Positions 42,801 through 59,176 of a stretch of 64,000 bases of DNA are shown here, in pieces. The stretch is from the NCBI GenBank assembly GCA_009914755.4, contig CP068257.2, positions 40,672,001-40,736,000 of the forward strand. The letters are read 5' to 3'. The notes under the pieces are model-generated. The model saw only the letters and a program-made list of their open reading frames with translations. It searched no databases and was not told where the DNA came from. The position numbers were made by a program, and so were the translations under genes. Each line of letters begins with the position of its first letter. The stretch's first letter is position 1. This stretch comes from the human T2T-CHM13v2.0 reference genome, Homo sapiens.

Positions 42801-43615
42801 TGGAAAAAGCACAAAGCAATGGCCTGATGGCACTGGAAAGTGAGAAAAACAAACCAAGCACAGCTGTCTGAGATCCTGGAGGGGAGCTGACCCTGGAAGA
42901 AGGAGAGGGAATGCTGCGAATTTACTTCTGTATGGGATTTTGCCTGAGGGTAGGTCACAGTGGGTGTTGTATAGTTGCGGCTAAAACACCAGTGGAATCC
43001 TGTGGTCCTTCAGGCTGGAGAATCACTGTACTGAGAAAAGGGCAAACCCAGCTGCAGGAAAGCGAAAGAGGAATCCCAGAAAGGAGAGAGCTAGAGAGGA
43101 GAAGCTCCAAATTCTGTGTGAAAACCCTTCCCAAGTCTCTCTCTGACCCATGGACCATCCACATACAGGACAGACTCTGGCTAAAGATGAAGAAACTGAA
43201 GTTTGAATGACACCCAAGAAGCAGAGTTTGACGTTTGAATCCAATGGAGATGATTGCCTGTCAAAACAAACATACAAAATAAATAAACAGGCAAACACAA
43301 CTATCTTCAGAGGAATAGAACAGAATCTGCATTCCCCACAACTTAACAACACAATGTCCTGGCCACAATCGGAAATTACTAAACACACAACCAACAGGAA
43401 TGTCTCATGCGTTCTGAAGAGAAAAAAAGCCATCAACCTGAGATGACCCAGACATTGCAATGACCAGATAAAGATTTTAAAACAATTAGTATAAGTATGC
43501 TTGAGGAAATAAAGAAATATTGCTTATAATGTATGTAAAAATAGAAAATCCCAGAAAAAGAAAATTTAAAAACTGTGTAAAAATAACCAAGTAGAAAGTA
43601 TAGAACTGAGGGGAG

Positions 43616-43921
43616 TCAGGTGTGGTGGCTCATGCCTGTAATCCCAGCACTTTGGGAGGCTGAGGCGGGTGTATTACGGGAGGTCAGGAGTTCAAGACCA
43701 GCCTGACCAACATGGCAAAACCCCGTCTCTACTAAAAAATACAAAAAACAAAAAATTAGCTGGGTGTGGTGGTGCACACCTGTAGTCTGAGCTACTTGGA
43801 AGGCTCAGGCAGGAGAATCACTTGAACCCAGGAGATGGAGGTTGCAGTAAGCCAAGATCACACCACTGCACTCCAGCCTGGGCAACAGAGCAAGACTCTG
43901 TCTCAAGAAAAAAACAAAAAG
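43616..43921 (+). mobile_element. Alu SINE nested in the L1
   Basis: tcaggtgtggtggctcatgcctgtaatcccagcactttgggaggctgaggcgggt...caccactgcactccagcctgggcaacagagcaagactctgtctcaagaaaaaaa. Confidence 0.9.
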
Positions 43922-44152
43922 AACTGAGAAGTATATGTGTGAATAATAAATCTACAGTGAATATAAACTAAATAAATAAGTAAATGAAAGAATAGTAAAT
44001 ATGTACATGAAAGTAAAACGTATTGAAGTCTTAGAGTAAAATGAAGATGACAGAGGAAAGTCAATTAACGTAAAAGATAGCACACTTTAAATTATCCAGT
44101 TTGAAGAATAGAAAGAAAAAAAAGGTTGAAGAAATGAACAAAGCCCCAACTA

Positions 44153-44523
<371 letters not shown>

Positions 44524-46599
44524 TTAAGAATGCTGAATCTTTGAGAAGATATTTCTTTTTAAAAGATAAACCTCTAACGAGACTGGTCAGGAGAAAAAAT
44601 AAAGAAAACACAAGCTACCAACATCAGGAATGAAAGATAGGCTATTACTATCATGGTACAGACATTAAAAGGATAACTAGATAATATTTAGAGTAACTTA
44701 ATACCAACAAATTTGGTAACTTAAATATGAAATGAACAAATTCCCTGTAAAACACAATTTACCAAAATGGACACAGACAAAAAATAGGAAACCTAAATAG
44801 TCTTATGTCTATTAAAAATTTTGAAGTTGCTATCAAAAACCTTCCTACAAAGAAAATCGCAGGCTTGAGTGGTTTCACTGTTGCATTCTACCAAACACAA
44901 ATGAAGACCTTTAATCCATACAAACCTAGGAAAAAGATGAGCTGGGCATATTTTCCGACTCACTTTATGAGGCCATCATAAGCCTAATATGAAAACTTGA
45001 CAAATATATTATGAATAATGAAAGAGCAACATCAACACAGATTGAAAAATACTTATAAAAATATTAGCAAATTCAACCCAGCAAGATATAAAAACAATAT
45101 GTCAAGATGTAGATTTTTTTTCTAAGAAAAACAAGGTAGAGTTTAACATCAAATAATCAATGCAGTTTAACAGAAAAAAATTTTAAAACATGTAATCATT
45201 TCAATGAATGTGTAAAAAGCGTTTAACAAAATTAACACTGATACATGATAAAAATTCCCAGAAAACTCGGAATAAAGAGATTATTCTTAAGCTAATAAAG
45301 GAAATCTACAAAAAATACAACATTATACTAACTGGTGAAATATTGAATATTCTCCTCCTAAAATCTAGGCCAAAGCAAGAATTCCCACTCTCATCACTTT
45401 TATTTAACATTGTAATGGTGCTTCTAGCAATGGTATAAAGCAAGGAATAAAAGGCATAAAGATCAGAAAGGAAGAAGGAAAACTGTCTTTATTCAAGGAA
45501 GATCATTTGATTTTCAATTGCCTGTTGCTAATATATGAACACCATTGATTTTTGTATATTAACTTTGTTTCCTGTAACCTTGTTTTAAAGAATTTTTTAA
45601 ATAGATTTTTTAAAGGATGCTCTAAAATAGCACAAATCATGAAGGTGCAGTTGATAAATCTGACTCAATTACAATTAAGGATATCTATTCATCAAGACAT
45701 GATAGAGGAGTAAAAAAAAAGTCTAGTCATGAACTAGGAAAAGATATTTGAAACCCATGTAACTGACAAAGGATTGCTATAAAGGATAGGTAAAGAACTC
45801 CTTCAAACCAGTGAGAAAAAGACAAATAACATGATTTTTTAAATATACAAATAGGATTGCCACTGAAAAGAAAAGCTAGGTAGTCAATAAGGATATGGAA
45901 AGAAGCTCAACCTCACAAAAAGTCAAGGAATTACAAATAAACCAATGTTAAAATATCACTTTACTTAACATCAGATTGCACTGATTACCAAATGTCGACA
46001 AGTTGTGGAGAAATAGAAACTCTTATGCAAATCTGGCAAAAAGGTAATTGACACACCCTCTTTGGCAAGCATTTTGACAACAGCCAGTAAATTGAAGAAG
46101 TCCGTATTGTTCTGATAGAAAGAAACTGGAAACATTATACCTAGTTGCCTATCAATTGGGGATTGAATCCTGTGGAATATTATACACATGTTAAAATGAA
46201 TGAAGCAAATATATTTTTATTAATGCAAATACATTTCAAAAGTTAAAAATAAGATATAAGTTGAAAAGGCTGCATACTAGGATACCATTTCTGATTATTT
46301 TAAAAAACAACAAAATAATACCATGTATTGTTTATGGGTATCATGGGAATAATGCCCACTGACTCAGGAAGAGTGGTTAATTCTGGGGAGGGAGGAAAAA
46401 GGATGGATTAAAGGAGTACTTTTATGATTTTATTTCTTTTTAAAATGAGAGGCATTTTTAAAGTGAGAGGCATCAAGGCATAAGTAACTGACAAGTTGAT
46501 GAATCTGGGTAGCACATATATAGATGACACTACATTAGATACCATTCAAGGAAAGGCATTTGACATATGGCTATTTAAAATTTTTATTTAAAGAAATCC

Positions 46600-47350
46600 A
46601 AATAACGCAGGTGGTGTGGGCAGCAAGTCCCAGCTGCTGGGTGTGAGAGAGGCTGGGAGAAGCCAGCCCTGAGGCTGGGAGTGGCACATGGGTCCTGGTT
46701 TGGGGGCCATTCTCATGCTTCATCCCGGTTGCCTGGCCAATACCCCAGGGGTTTATCTGGTGAGGGATGGGGAAGGGACCACTGACAGAGTAGGAGCATT
46801 GCCATCTTGGACAAGCACCGCCATTTTAAAGTTCACCTTGATCAAAAACTGCCTAAATCCAAAGGGCATCAGCCTAATGGCTAAGGTCAGCAGGACCATA
46901 AACCACAAATGACATCTCTGACCAGAAACTTTCCAACCATAAGAAATAAACTCCTCCCCGACCAGAGGCATGCCAGGCCCAAGATAACCTCCCCTCCAGC
47001 CAGAGACATTCCAACCCCACCATAAAGTTCTCCCCAACACGGAAACATTCCAAGCTTGTGATAAGCTCTCACCCTAAAACCAATAAATACTCTTAGTCTG
47101 TAAGAGAGAGTGCTCCTGACCAAAGTGACCAGAAGCCCCTCTCAGGTTTATTCTCCAAAATCAACCTGTCTTTGACTGTTGAGCCACTTTTTGCATTTCT
47201 TTCCTCTTTCTTTAACTCTTACAACCACTTTTAAATCCCAGAAGCATCCAGCTTGATGGCAAATAAAAGTCTTAAGTCCTTTCACATTTTAAAATTTTAA
47301 TTCCCAGGTCTTTGGGCCCCTGCAGTGCAATCTCAACTTTCTCTCTATAT
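46600..47350 (+). mobile_element. LTR-like block (possibly a solo LTR) with four imperfect subrepeats of about 38 bp and an AATAAA. The family is not identified.
   Basis: 46900-47060: gaccagaaactttccaaccataagaaataaactcctcccc / gaccagaggcatgccaggcccaagataacctcccctcc / agccagagacattccaaccccaccataaagttctcccc / aacacggaaacattccaagcttgtgataagctctcaccc, followed by ccaataaatactc. Confidence 0.3.
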
Positions 47351-50300
47351 TAGCAGAGTCGACAGATCCACCTGAGGATGAGTGCCTGACTGTGTCCTGG
47401 ACAAGCAAGGAGCTTGAACTAGAGAGGGAATTAACATCCCAGTGGAGAAGCACTAGAAAGAGTCAATGTTTAATACAAGTAATCTCTGGATCAAATGCAC
47501 CATGGGTGTGTCACCCATGCTGTGCCCCAGGTCATCCCTCCCCTCGAAGTCTGTCAGAGAACATAAACTAAAGATTATTTTTCTGACTTCTTGAAAATGA
47601 CCATTACTTTGTTCAAAGAGAAGAAGGGTCATTGGTGGCTGCTCACCACTAGAGGAGAAGAAACGGTCTCTTTGATTTTTCATGGGAATCTAGAAATAGA
47701 ATGGTCAGAATTGAAAGTACCTTACATCTCATAAAATGCAACCATAGCTGGTGCCTAATCCCACCACATTCTCTGCAATTGTTAGCCTAGATGACTAGAG
47801 AGTAGTTTTTAGGGAATTCAAAAGAAATTGAAAGCAGGGCCCACCCTTAAGAAATATGTTGTCTACCAAAACAAAAACATGGTGGGACTATCAGAACTGC
47901 AAAGTGACTGTATGAGATGGCCCAGATGGAAACCACACATGACCTCTGGAGCCTTACCCTGGGGCTTCCCTGTTTGTGCAGAGAAAAGGGTGATTTCCCT
48001 GTGTGGAGGAGGAGCCCCTTACAGTCGGCTACCTTTCCAGGGCTGGTGTCCACAGGACTCTGGGTGGTTTGTGCTAAAGGTGCCCTGTGGACATTTCTTA
48101 GGTTTGAGGCAGGCATGCCTCTCACTTGACTCTTCCTACTCACCATCAGCTCCATGTTTCAAAGGATGCTTTTTCCCTGCTGTAATGTATTCATCTCATT
48201 CACTGTTTACTCCATCCAGGAACTGAAAGCAAAGTGTGAGATCACAAAATATGGCAACATCTTCAGGCAAGAGCCTACCTTAATTGCCAATGCCTCCTGG
48301 TGGCTCTTCATTATAGAGGCAGCCCATGTTCTCAAGACTTATAATAGCCCTGTTTTACATATCAAATGGCAAGAAGCTAAATACCAACTCTCCTTAATAC
48401 ATTATTCATACTTCCGTGGCACTCATATGATATCTTGTTTTTCAATGTCTTAAGGAGTTTTACCGAAGAGTTAAGATTTGTTGAGTTCCTATGGACAGAA
48501 GTATTATTGAACAAAGAATATCAGTCAATATTTATTTAACATCCACTGTGTGCACAGCCTTCAGTCCAGGTGCTGTGGGAGGTTACAAAAGAAGAAGATG
48601 ATATGGTCAGTGTTGATAAGAAAGCTGCAGTCATGGAGGCATCATAAACTCCAACTCAGCCCCCAGCATTATGAAATCCATGCAGCATTCATATCGATAT
48701 GTCGTGTCCTCTAGCAGCTCAACATATTAAGAGGGGTTGAGAAGGTAAATATGGTCATTTAAAAAATCAATTCACAGATACACATACAGTCAACAGGGAG
48801 GAAAAATATGTGGTTTTAGGCCTCAATGTTAGCACAACACTCCTAATAGAGGAAGTCTTAAAGGGAAAGAAGACTCTGAATTGGCTCTGCCAGGCAGAGG
48901 TGATCTGACTGAGTCAATGGAGATGTGTTACTTGAGAGGTGAGAAAGAGGATAGTAAATGGAGATGCAACAAGAAAATACCTTTCTCCAGGGCAGCAGGG
49001 CAGGGCCAGACAGTCCTGAGACTCAGAGTAGAAATGGTGGATGATGCCCTGGACAGCCCTTGGGCAGAAGAGTACTTGACTTCCAGATGGCAGCTGCTCA
49101 AGAACCCAAGGTGCAGTGGCCATGACCTGGGCTCTTCACTCTCCTCTACCCTCTTAGGTTCTTCAGCTCTCTGCAAATTAAACTTGTTAAAAAGGAAGAT
49201 TAACAGGAGAAAAAGAAAACAAACTTGATGTTGATATTTTAATTTTTATGTGCATAGAGACCTTCATAGAAAAGAAATGAAGATCCCAAGAAGTGGTTAC
49301 ACCTAGGGGCTTATATACCACTTTAACAATAGGTAATAAATTATGGAGAAGTGATAAGGGGAAGGGAAAGAAATTTGGAGTCCTAGAGGTGGGAAATTGT
49401 GGGAAGGTAAATATCTGAGGGAAACTAATGGAAGATGAAGGTTATTTTAGTAAAGTTCATTTGTGCAGACCCATCTCAGTGCCAACTTTCAGTCCCCTGG
49501 TAGGGGAGAGAGGAAGAAATACCTTCACAAAGGAAAATTTATGTCCTGCTTTGAGGCAGATTAAGGAGGCCAAAGTGCTCTTTCTGCATTTGATGCTTCT
49601 TCATTGCCTTCATCTCAAAATAATTCCTATTCCAAAGCGGCATATCTCGGGGATAGCAATTCTGATCTCCTTCACTTTCATCTCTGCTGAGGTACAGGAA
49701 GACTGACAGGTGATGCCCCATAGGGTCTAGAGACAGAAAAGTGGAATTCAAGTTTTGTGGGTGTCATTGGACATCCAGCCATAGTTTCCTGCTGGATAAT
49801 AATGATGCCTTCCTTGCCCACCCTCACAAGGTAGGTGTGAGGCTCAAGCAATGGTAGGCAGTGCAACCTGAAGGGTGAAGCACTGTCCACCTGCTGTTAG
49901 CAGATGTCATTGCTGTTATAAGAAGTAAACACACAATGACTACTCTATAGTGGTTGTGACTGTCTCAAGATGCAAACTCTGTAGACATACTCAATCAGTC
50001 CCTCATGATTCTGTTCAGTTTGACTTGACCTAACTCACCGGCCAGCCTCCTGGGCTGTCTCCCCCTCGAGGTTTCATGCCCAGAGTGACTGTTCACTCCT
50101 GGAGCAGATCCTTGCCTTCACCATCCCTTCTAGCTCTTCTCCTGAGCCTCCTCTGCTTGGGTGGGAGTGGCTCTCAGCTCAGCTCCCTGCCACCCCAGCT
50201 GCAGGAGGATGGAAGTCATTGATTGCAGTAGGGTGTGTGTGAAAGTGGGATGGGTAAATGAAGACAATAAACCATCTTGACCTGGCCCGAAGCTCACAGG

Positions 50301-50687
50301 TTTGGAGCCTTGAAGTGCAGTGCTGACCTCTGAGCCCAGAAGTCAGTTTTCCAGCAAATGGCATGGCTCTGGTGGCTGAATGATTAAAAACCTTCAGCAA
50401 AGGAGGCTGAATGCCTGCTGATCATCAGACTTTTATAGATTCCAGGTAAAGCAAAGGCAGGAAGAGAGGCAGGGACCCTGGGCTTGTTTATTTGACATAA
50501 TGAGGGTTATTTGGTCATAATTCAATACACTCAATGTGCCAAGGTACAGTTTGCAAAAGAACACAGCCATAAAGCAGGTGAGTTCAGAGAAATCCAGAGA
50601 TAATACAAAGCTCATGGGGTTATTGTGAGTGACAAGGAATGCAGAAGCAAGCACTGGGATCGCATTTCCCAACCCCCACCCCACTCC

Positions 50688-50979
50688 TTTTTTTTCTGAG
50701 ACAGAGTCTCACTCTGTCACCCAGACTGGAGTGCAGTGGCATGATCTTGGCTCGCTGCAACCTCCAACTCCAGGGTTCAAGTGATTCTCCTGCCTCAGCC
50801 TCCTGAGTAGCTGGGAATACAGGTGTGCACCACCACGCTCAGCTAATTTTTGTGTCTTTAGTAGAGACGGGGTTTTGCCATGTTGGCCAGGCTGGTCTTG
50901 AACTTGCGACCTCAAGTGATTCGCCCACCTCAGCCTCCCAAAGTGCTGGGATTACAGGCATGAGCCACCGCGCCCGGCC
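50688..50979 (-). mobile_element. Alu SINE (reverse orientation)
   Basis: tttttttctgagacagagtctcactctgtcacccagactggagtgcagtggc...cccaaagtgctgggattacaggcatgagccaccgcgcccggcc. Confidence 0.9.
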
Positions 50980-51234
50980 CCCAAACCTTTTTGACTTGTG
51001 AACACATTTCACAGGGAAAAGAAACCCATCTTACCCATCTTGTTTGGAATTTTACAAAAACTTATTTGCAGTAACCTTGTCTGGCATAAGATAAGATGAA
51101 CTGATATAAAACTATTTTATTTTAGATAAGCGTTTCATCAAAAATGCAATAATTCAGATTATGGTCATTTGTTTTCCTTTTTAACCTTATTTTTAATTCT
51201 AGAGAAATTTTGATGTGCTCTATGAGACTTTTAA

Positions 51235-51891
<657 letters not shown>

Positions 51892-52426
51892 TAGAGCTTT
51901 GAAGCACTTGATGACCAAAACTGATGTAACTACTAGGACCTTGAGCTGAGCAGGGGCTGCAATCTCAACATCAGACAAAATAGAATTCAGGCCAGCAGGC
52001 ATCAGACATGATGAAGACAGACGCTTGGCAGGTCACAGTTCACAATGGAGCAATAACAGTTATAAATATTTTTGCACCAAGAAAGGGATAGGAAAAGTAT
52101 ATTTATTTTATAAGCCAGAAACAGTGAGATACAAGCAGAAATAGACAAAACCCATAACTGGTCATGAGAACATCATTCTGAAGATAAGACAAGTCAAGTG
52201 AACAAAGAAAAAAGTAAGTAAAAAAATAGAACTCAAGGAATATAATTAATAAGGCAGATCTGATGAATAGACATATACACTGTGTATGTATGTATACATA
52301 TGGATATGTCAAAGTTTAATTCCCAATATTAATACAACTTCTTCTCAAGCACACATGAAATATTCACAAAATTTAATGGTACATTTGCACACAAAAAAGC
52401 AATAAGTTCCATAAAGTAAAAGTTTT

Positions 52427-53440
<1,014 letters not shown>

Positions 53441-53949
53441 TTTAAAAAAGAAAGAGACTTTATTCCAGTAAACATTTTGCAAACCAGGGAGACACCCCCT
53501 TCGGTACAAAACAAAGGTGCAATCTGAGACAACAAAGAGAGGGGTTGTCTTTTAAAGAGAAAGCTCCCTCTGGGTTCCCACTCTCGTCTGCTATGCAAAT
53601 AGGGGATGCAAACTTGCTTAGCTGTGGTTAGTTGACGCTTGTTTAGTTCTGATTGGTAGATGTGGGCCACATTCTCCTGGTGAGCTCCAGGGGCCGAGGG
53701 GAGGCTTTCCAGTAGCCGTTGATACAGGAGTGAACAGGAGCAGCTATGAATGTCCCAGAACGAAGCAAACATGTGGGTTTCCAGGAATGCAGAGTACGTG
53801 TGTGACGTCTAGTCAGCAAATGGCCACACGGCTCTATTTTGAATTTAGCCCCAGTTGGCTCCCCGGGATCCACCTTGAAGGGCTGGTTCTTTCGGGATTC
53901 CCAGAAAAAAAAGCCGTAAGAATCTCCATGTCCAGATAATCTCACAGGG

Positions 53950-55250
53950 AAATTCTAGCCAAGCTTCAAGTACCTAACAGTCCCAATGCTGCAAAAATTG
54001 TTTCAGACACTTAAAAACAAAGGAAAATGCACAAATTTATACAAAAATGTGAACTGAAAATGTGTCATAGACAAAAGTATAAGCACCAAAGTTATAAAAC
54101 TCCTAGAAGAGAATATAATAGAACACGTCCGTGGCCTTGAATTAGGCAAAGATTTCTAGGTAGGAAACATAAAGTTTGAATCATAAAAGAAAAATGAGAA
54201 AAACTAGATTTCATCAAAATTAAAGATATTTTCTCTTTGAAAAATATTCTTAAGGAAATGAACGAAAAGGTAAGTCACAGACTAGGAGAAAATATTTGCA
54301 CAAAATATATCTAGTAAAGGACTTGTATGCAGAATATATAAAGAATTTTACAACTCATTACAAAGAAGAAAAAGACACCTGAGTTAAAAAGTGTTGAAGA
54401 TTTAGACAGATACTTTACCTGAGAAGATGTGTGAAAAATAAGCTCATGAAAAGATGTTCAACATCCTTAGTTACTAGTGAAATGTAAATTAAAATGAAAA
54501 CAGGATATCACATTCCACACACCACAATGGCTAAAATGTAAAAGACTAGTAAACCAAGGATGTAGTAAGCATTTGCAAATCTCCTCCATTGTGGCTGGGG
54601 AGACAAAATGGCTCAATCCTTGGAAAACAATTTTTTCAGATTCTTATGAAGTTAAACATAACACCGTACTATCCAGAAATCCACTCATAGCTACACTTCC
54701 AAGAAAAAAGGCATTTCCTCAAGCATTTACCCAAATCCCTTCACATACATGTGCATAATTGTTCATAGTAACTTTACCCATAATAGTAAAAAGCTGGGAA
54801 TAATCCAGATGTCATCACCTGGTAAATAGGTAAGCATATTGCAGTGTATCCTGCTGTGGAATACTACTCAGCAATGAAAAGGAACGAACCACCCTTCTGT
54901 GCAACAACCTGGAAGAATCTCAAAGAAAGCTGTGTGCTGTGTGAAAGAAAACAGACTTCAAAGACTGTGCACTGTCTGCACTGTGTGATTAAACTTACTT
55001 GAAATTCTAGAAGAAATGAAACTAAAGCAAAAAAACACAGATTCTTGGTTTTCTGGCGCTAGGGAGAGGCTATTGACAGCAAAGGGCACGACGGGATTTT
55101 CTTGGAGGGAATGAATGTTCTACATCTTGATTGTGGTAGTGTTTACACAGTTGTATACATTTGTCAAAACTCAATGAACTGATTCATTTAAAATGGGTGA
55201 GTTTTATTGTATGTGAATTATACCTCCGAGAAACTAATTTTTAAAAAAAT
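53950..55250 (+). mobile_element. Old L1 3' portion (ORF2 C-terminus plus 3'UTR), ending in an A-rich tail near 55240
   Basis: Frame-shifted translations give ...MKTGYHIPHTTMAKM..., ISSIVAGETKWLNPWKTIF and LSRNPLIATLPRKKAFPQAFTQI. Compare L1 ORF2 ...CWRGCGEIGTLLHCWWDCKLVQPLWKSVW and IPLLGIYPKDYKSCCYKDTCTRMFIAALFT. Confidence 0.65.
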
Positions 55251-56789
55251 CTCAAGGCATGAGCATTGCCATCATCAGCGTTACTAATGTGAACACAGTG
55301 AACTGATGAAATGACGGGGCAATTTGCAACGTGTGATAGGCACTGAGATCTCTCTCTGGACATCAGGAAGCTGCGTGTTGTCAGATGCCGAAGCCGAACC
55401 CACTTGCCCATTGGGCTGCAGGAAGGCTGAGAGTCTGTCCCCAGCATGGATAGCAGAGGGCGCTGTGGAGCATCATTAGCCTGTAGGGTTCTTTAGGGGA
55501 AAACACCTTAATGAGCCCTGTGCACTCGGAAGGTTGAATAGAGGGCCCTTCCTTCCTCTAAGCCACATTTCTGGTTGCGCCACATTAAGTCAAACAATTA
55601 TTAAGTGCTGAGCAGTCTTTGGATCACAGAAAACAAACACAGAGGCTGCAGCCACTGGGCCCTGTGGAAAACTGGCGGCCGTCCTGCGATGGTGTCAGCT
55701 CATCCGTGTCCGCGCTGCTGGAGGCCTGGCAGGAGCTGAGATCAGAGCCCTTCAGCGGGAGTGGGGCTACTCCTCCCTCCCCTGGTTTCCCTGGAAGCTG
55801 AGAAAGTTCCCAGGAAAGTGCTGAAAACCTCCCACCACTCTTTACACAGACCTGAGAGGGGGCTGAGGTGGGGGAAGCTCTGTTGCAGAGATGGGCTGAC
55901 TCGGGGAATAGGCCGGTGGGGCGGGACAGATGCTGGAGGGACAGATGGGGCGTCAGAGGAGACAGAGGCTGTCAGGGAGCTGTGGTCCTGCACATGGGAA
56001 CCAGTCCTTGCCCAGCCTGTCTGGAGGCCCCTGGGCTGCTGCTAGTTACTGAGAGGGCGCAGTGGCCAGGCTGCACCTCCCTGTGGCCTGGTCCCTCCAC
56101 TAGCTGGAGGAAGGTGGGGCTGCTCCCTCCCAGCCAGTGCCGAGTGGCTGCAGACCCAGAAGACACACGCTGTATATATTCCTGCATGCATGGCCCTGAA
56201 ATGGTGGCCTCATGGGTTGCAGTGTCCACGCTGCTTCCACAAGGAAGAAACGGCTGCTTGCTCCACGCCTGGGGGCCCCAAGGCTCAGGCATCCTTGCCG
56301 TGGCCCACCCAGCAAAGTGCAGCAAGAGGGAAGGCAACACGCCTGCCTATTTCACTGGCAAGGGCAGGCCCCCAGGGGTTTCTGGGAGAGGTACAATAGC
56401 AGAGTTCCAGCTTGGGGTGGGGATAGCTATGTGTCAGGACCACAGCATTAGCCAGGGCCACAGGCAGGTGAGGCAGAGGTAGGCAACCATGGAAGAGCCC
56501 CTGGGAGAGGAACCCCGATGTGCTTATGGAGGGGCTTGGTAGGCATTGGCCCTCCTGTGTGAGCAGGTGGAATGCTGAGGGTCTGATGGCCGGGTGCCCG
56601 CCACTGGGACAGTCACTGTGAGACAACCAGGACCACGTGTGTCTTCCCGGAAGAATGGGCCTAGGATATGAGGATGTGCATGTATGAACAATCATAGCAA
56701 GAACAGCTCTAAGCACATCCTAATTCAACTCATGAAGCCTCACCACAAACCCAGAAGGGAAGATGTTATGAATATCTGTACTTAGCATA

Positions 56790-56900
56790 TGAGTAAAACT
56801 AGGGTCAAAAAGTCTACGTAACTTGTCCAAGGTCACACAGTGACCCTGAGAGAGAAATCGCTGTAGAGCCGAAGTGCGATAGATATTTTTGAGATCTGAT
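56790..56900 (+). mobile_element. MIR SINE fragment
   Basis: actagggtcaaaaagtctacgtaacttgtccaaggtcacacagtgaccctgagagag resembles the MIR core gttaagtaacttgcccaaggtcacacagctag. Confidence 0.55.
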
Positions 56901-57276
56901 TCACACACCCTCATTGCAGCCCCCTGACTCCAGTTAACTGCCCAGCATCCCATGGTGGGGGTCAGATTGGGCTTCTAAGGCAGGGTGGGTTGAGGGGGAC
57001 ATCACACTGGGGCTGGCCCCTGAAGCAATAGCTAGAGATATTCATGCGTGTACCACAACTCCAAACTATAGATAATGAATATAAAATGCATGTAATGAAT
57101 ATGCAGTCTATTCCCATTACATATTCTCTATTTGCAAATTCGCCTACTCACTAAAATTTATTGGTGACCCTAAATCAATACTTGGGGTGCTTTCAAGGTC
57201 GTTTGCAGAAACGTACAAAGTGGTGACAAATTTGAGTCACAGACATGCATATTCCCAACTGAAGTCACACAAGGCC

Positions 57277-57575
57277 TTTTTTATTTTTGAGATGGAGTCT
57301 TGCTCTTTTCGCCCAGGCTGGAGCGCAAATGTGCGCTCGCAGCTCACCACAACCTCTACCTCCACCACCCAGGTTCAAGCAATTCTCCTGGCTTGGCCTC
57401 CAGAGTAGCTGGGATTACAGGTGCCTGCCACCACACCTGGCTAACTTTTGTATTTTTAGTAAAGACAGGGTTTCATCGTGTTAGCCAGGATGGTCTCGAT
57501 CTCCTGGCCTTGTGATCCGCCCGCCCCAGCCTCCCAAAGTGCTGGGATTACTGGCATGAGCCACCATGCCCAGCC
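57277..57575 (-). mobile_element. Alu SINE (reverse orientation) with a clear target-site duplication of about 13 bp (cacacaaggcctt)
   Basis: ttttatttttgagatggagtcttgctcttttcgcccaggctggagcgcaaatg...gctgggattactggcatgagccaccatgcccagcc. The flanks are agtcacacaaggcctttt | Alu | cacacaaggccttctt. Confidence 0.9.
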
Positions 57576-58307
57576 ACACAAGGCCTTCTTGCCTCAACCC
57601 ATACTGTGAACTAATGTCCTTTTCTTGGTCTATGTAGTGCCACGTTTTTATGCCTGTTGTTGGTGATTTCCCATTTAAGATGCCCCCATGTGCCATAGTG
57701 AGGAGCTGTCTGGTGTCCTGGGTGTGAGGTGATATGCCTCTGGGGAAAACACCAGGGGCAGGGCAGCCTCACTGGGGCTGGGAGACAGGGTGCCGGCCTG
57801 GAGTTCACCATTAATGTAACCACCGTGTGCACTCCACAAGGTGTCTACAGGAAACACCCTCGAGCCTGGCTACATATGGCTGGTTAATGAAATGCTCCCA
57901 GAAGCTTGCAGAAACCTGACCCTGTACTTCCCCAGGAGCGAGGGTTCCAGATTCACTAAGTCAGGGCTGGCAGCGACTTCATAGAGCTTAACTACATGAA
58001 TGCCAGAACGTACTGTATAGATACCCACTATAAATCAGCACTAAAGTGCCTGTGCACATACAGCTGTGCAGCACTTAACGACAGGGAAATGTTGTGAGAA
58101 ACGCGTCATGAGGGGTTTTGTCGTTGTGTGAACACCGTAGAATGTGCTTAATGCATAGCTAGAGGGCAGCGCCTGCTGCACACCCAGGCTGCACGGTTGG
58201 CTCCCAGGCTGCAAACCCGTGCAGCGACTGACTGGACTGAACACTGGAAGCAACCGTAACGCAGTGGTAAGCATTTGTGTATCTAAACATAGAAAAGGTA
58301 CAGCCAA

Positions 58308-58612
58308 GGCCGGGCATGGTGACTTATGCCTGTATCCCCAGCACTTTGGGAGGCCGAGGTGGGCAGATCCTGAGGTCAGGAGTTCGAGACCAGTCTGACC
58401 AACACGGTGAAACCCCGTCTCAACTAAAAGTACAAAAATTAGCTGGGTGTGGTGGCGAGTGCCTGTAATCCCAGCTACTTGGGAAGTTGAGGCAGGAGAA
58501 TCACTTGAACCCAGGAGGCGGAGGTTGCAGTGAGCCGAGATTGGTGCCATTGCACTCTGGCCTGGGCAACAGGGCGAGACTCCTTTTCAAAAAAAAAAAG
58601 AAAAAAGAAAAG
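58308..58612 (+). mobile_element. Alu SINE
   Basis: ggccgggcatggtgacttatgcctgtatccccagcactttgggaggccgaggtgggcagatcctgaggtcaggagttcgagacc...cattgcactctggcctgggcaacagggcgagactcc, then an A-run. Confidence 0.9.
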
Positions 58613-58829
58613 ATACAGTCAAAACATGGTGTGAAAGATAAAGAATGGGACGGTATGTAGGCACTTACCATGAACGGAGCTTGCGGGACCGGACAAGACA
58701 GGGAGGGAGTGGGGAGTGAATTCGAAGGCCCAGGACACGACTGTCCTACCATAGACTTCATAAACACACGACATTTATAAAAAATACTATTCTTTCTTCA
58801 ATAATAAAATTAACCTCAACTTACTGTAA

Positions 58830-59176
<347 letters not shown>

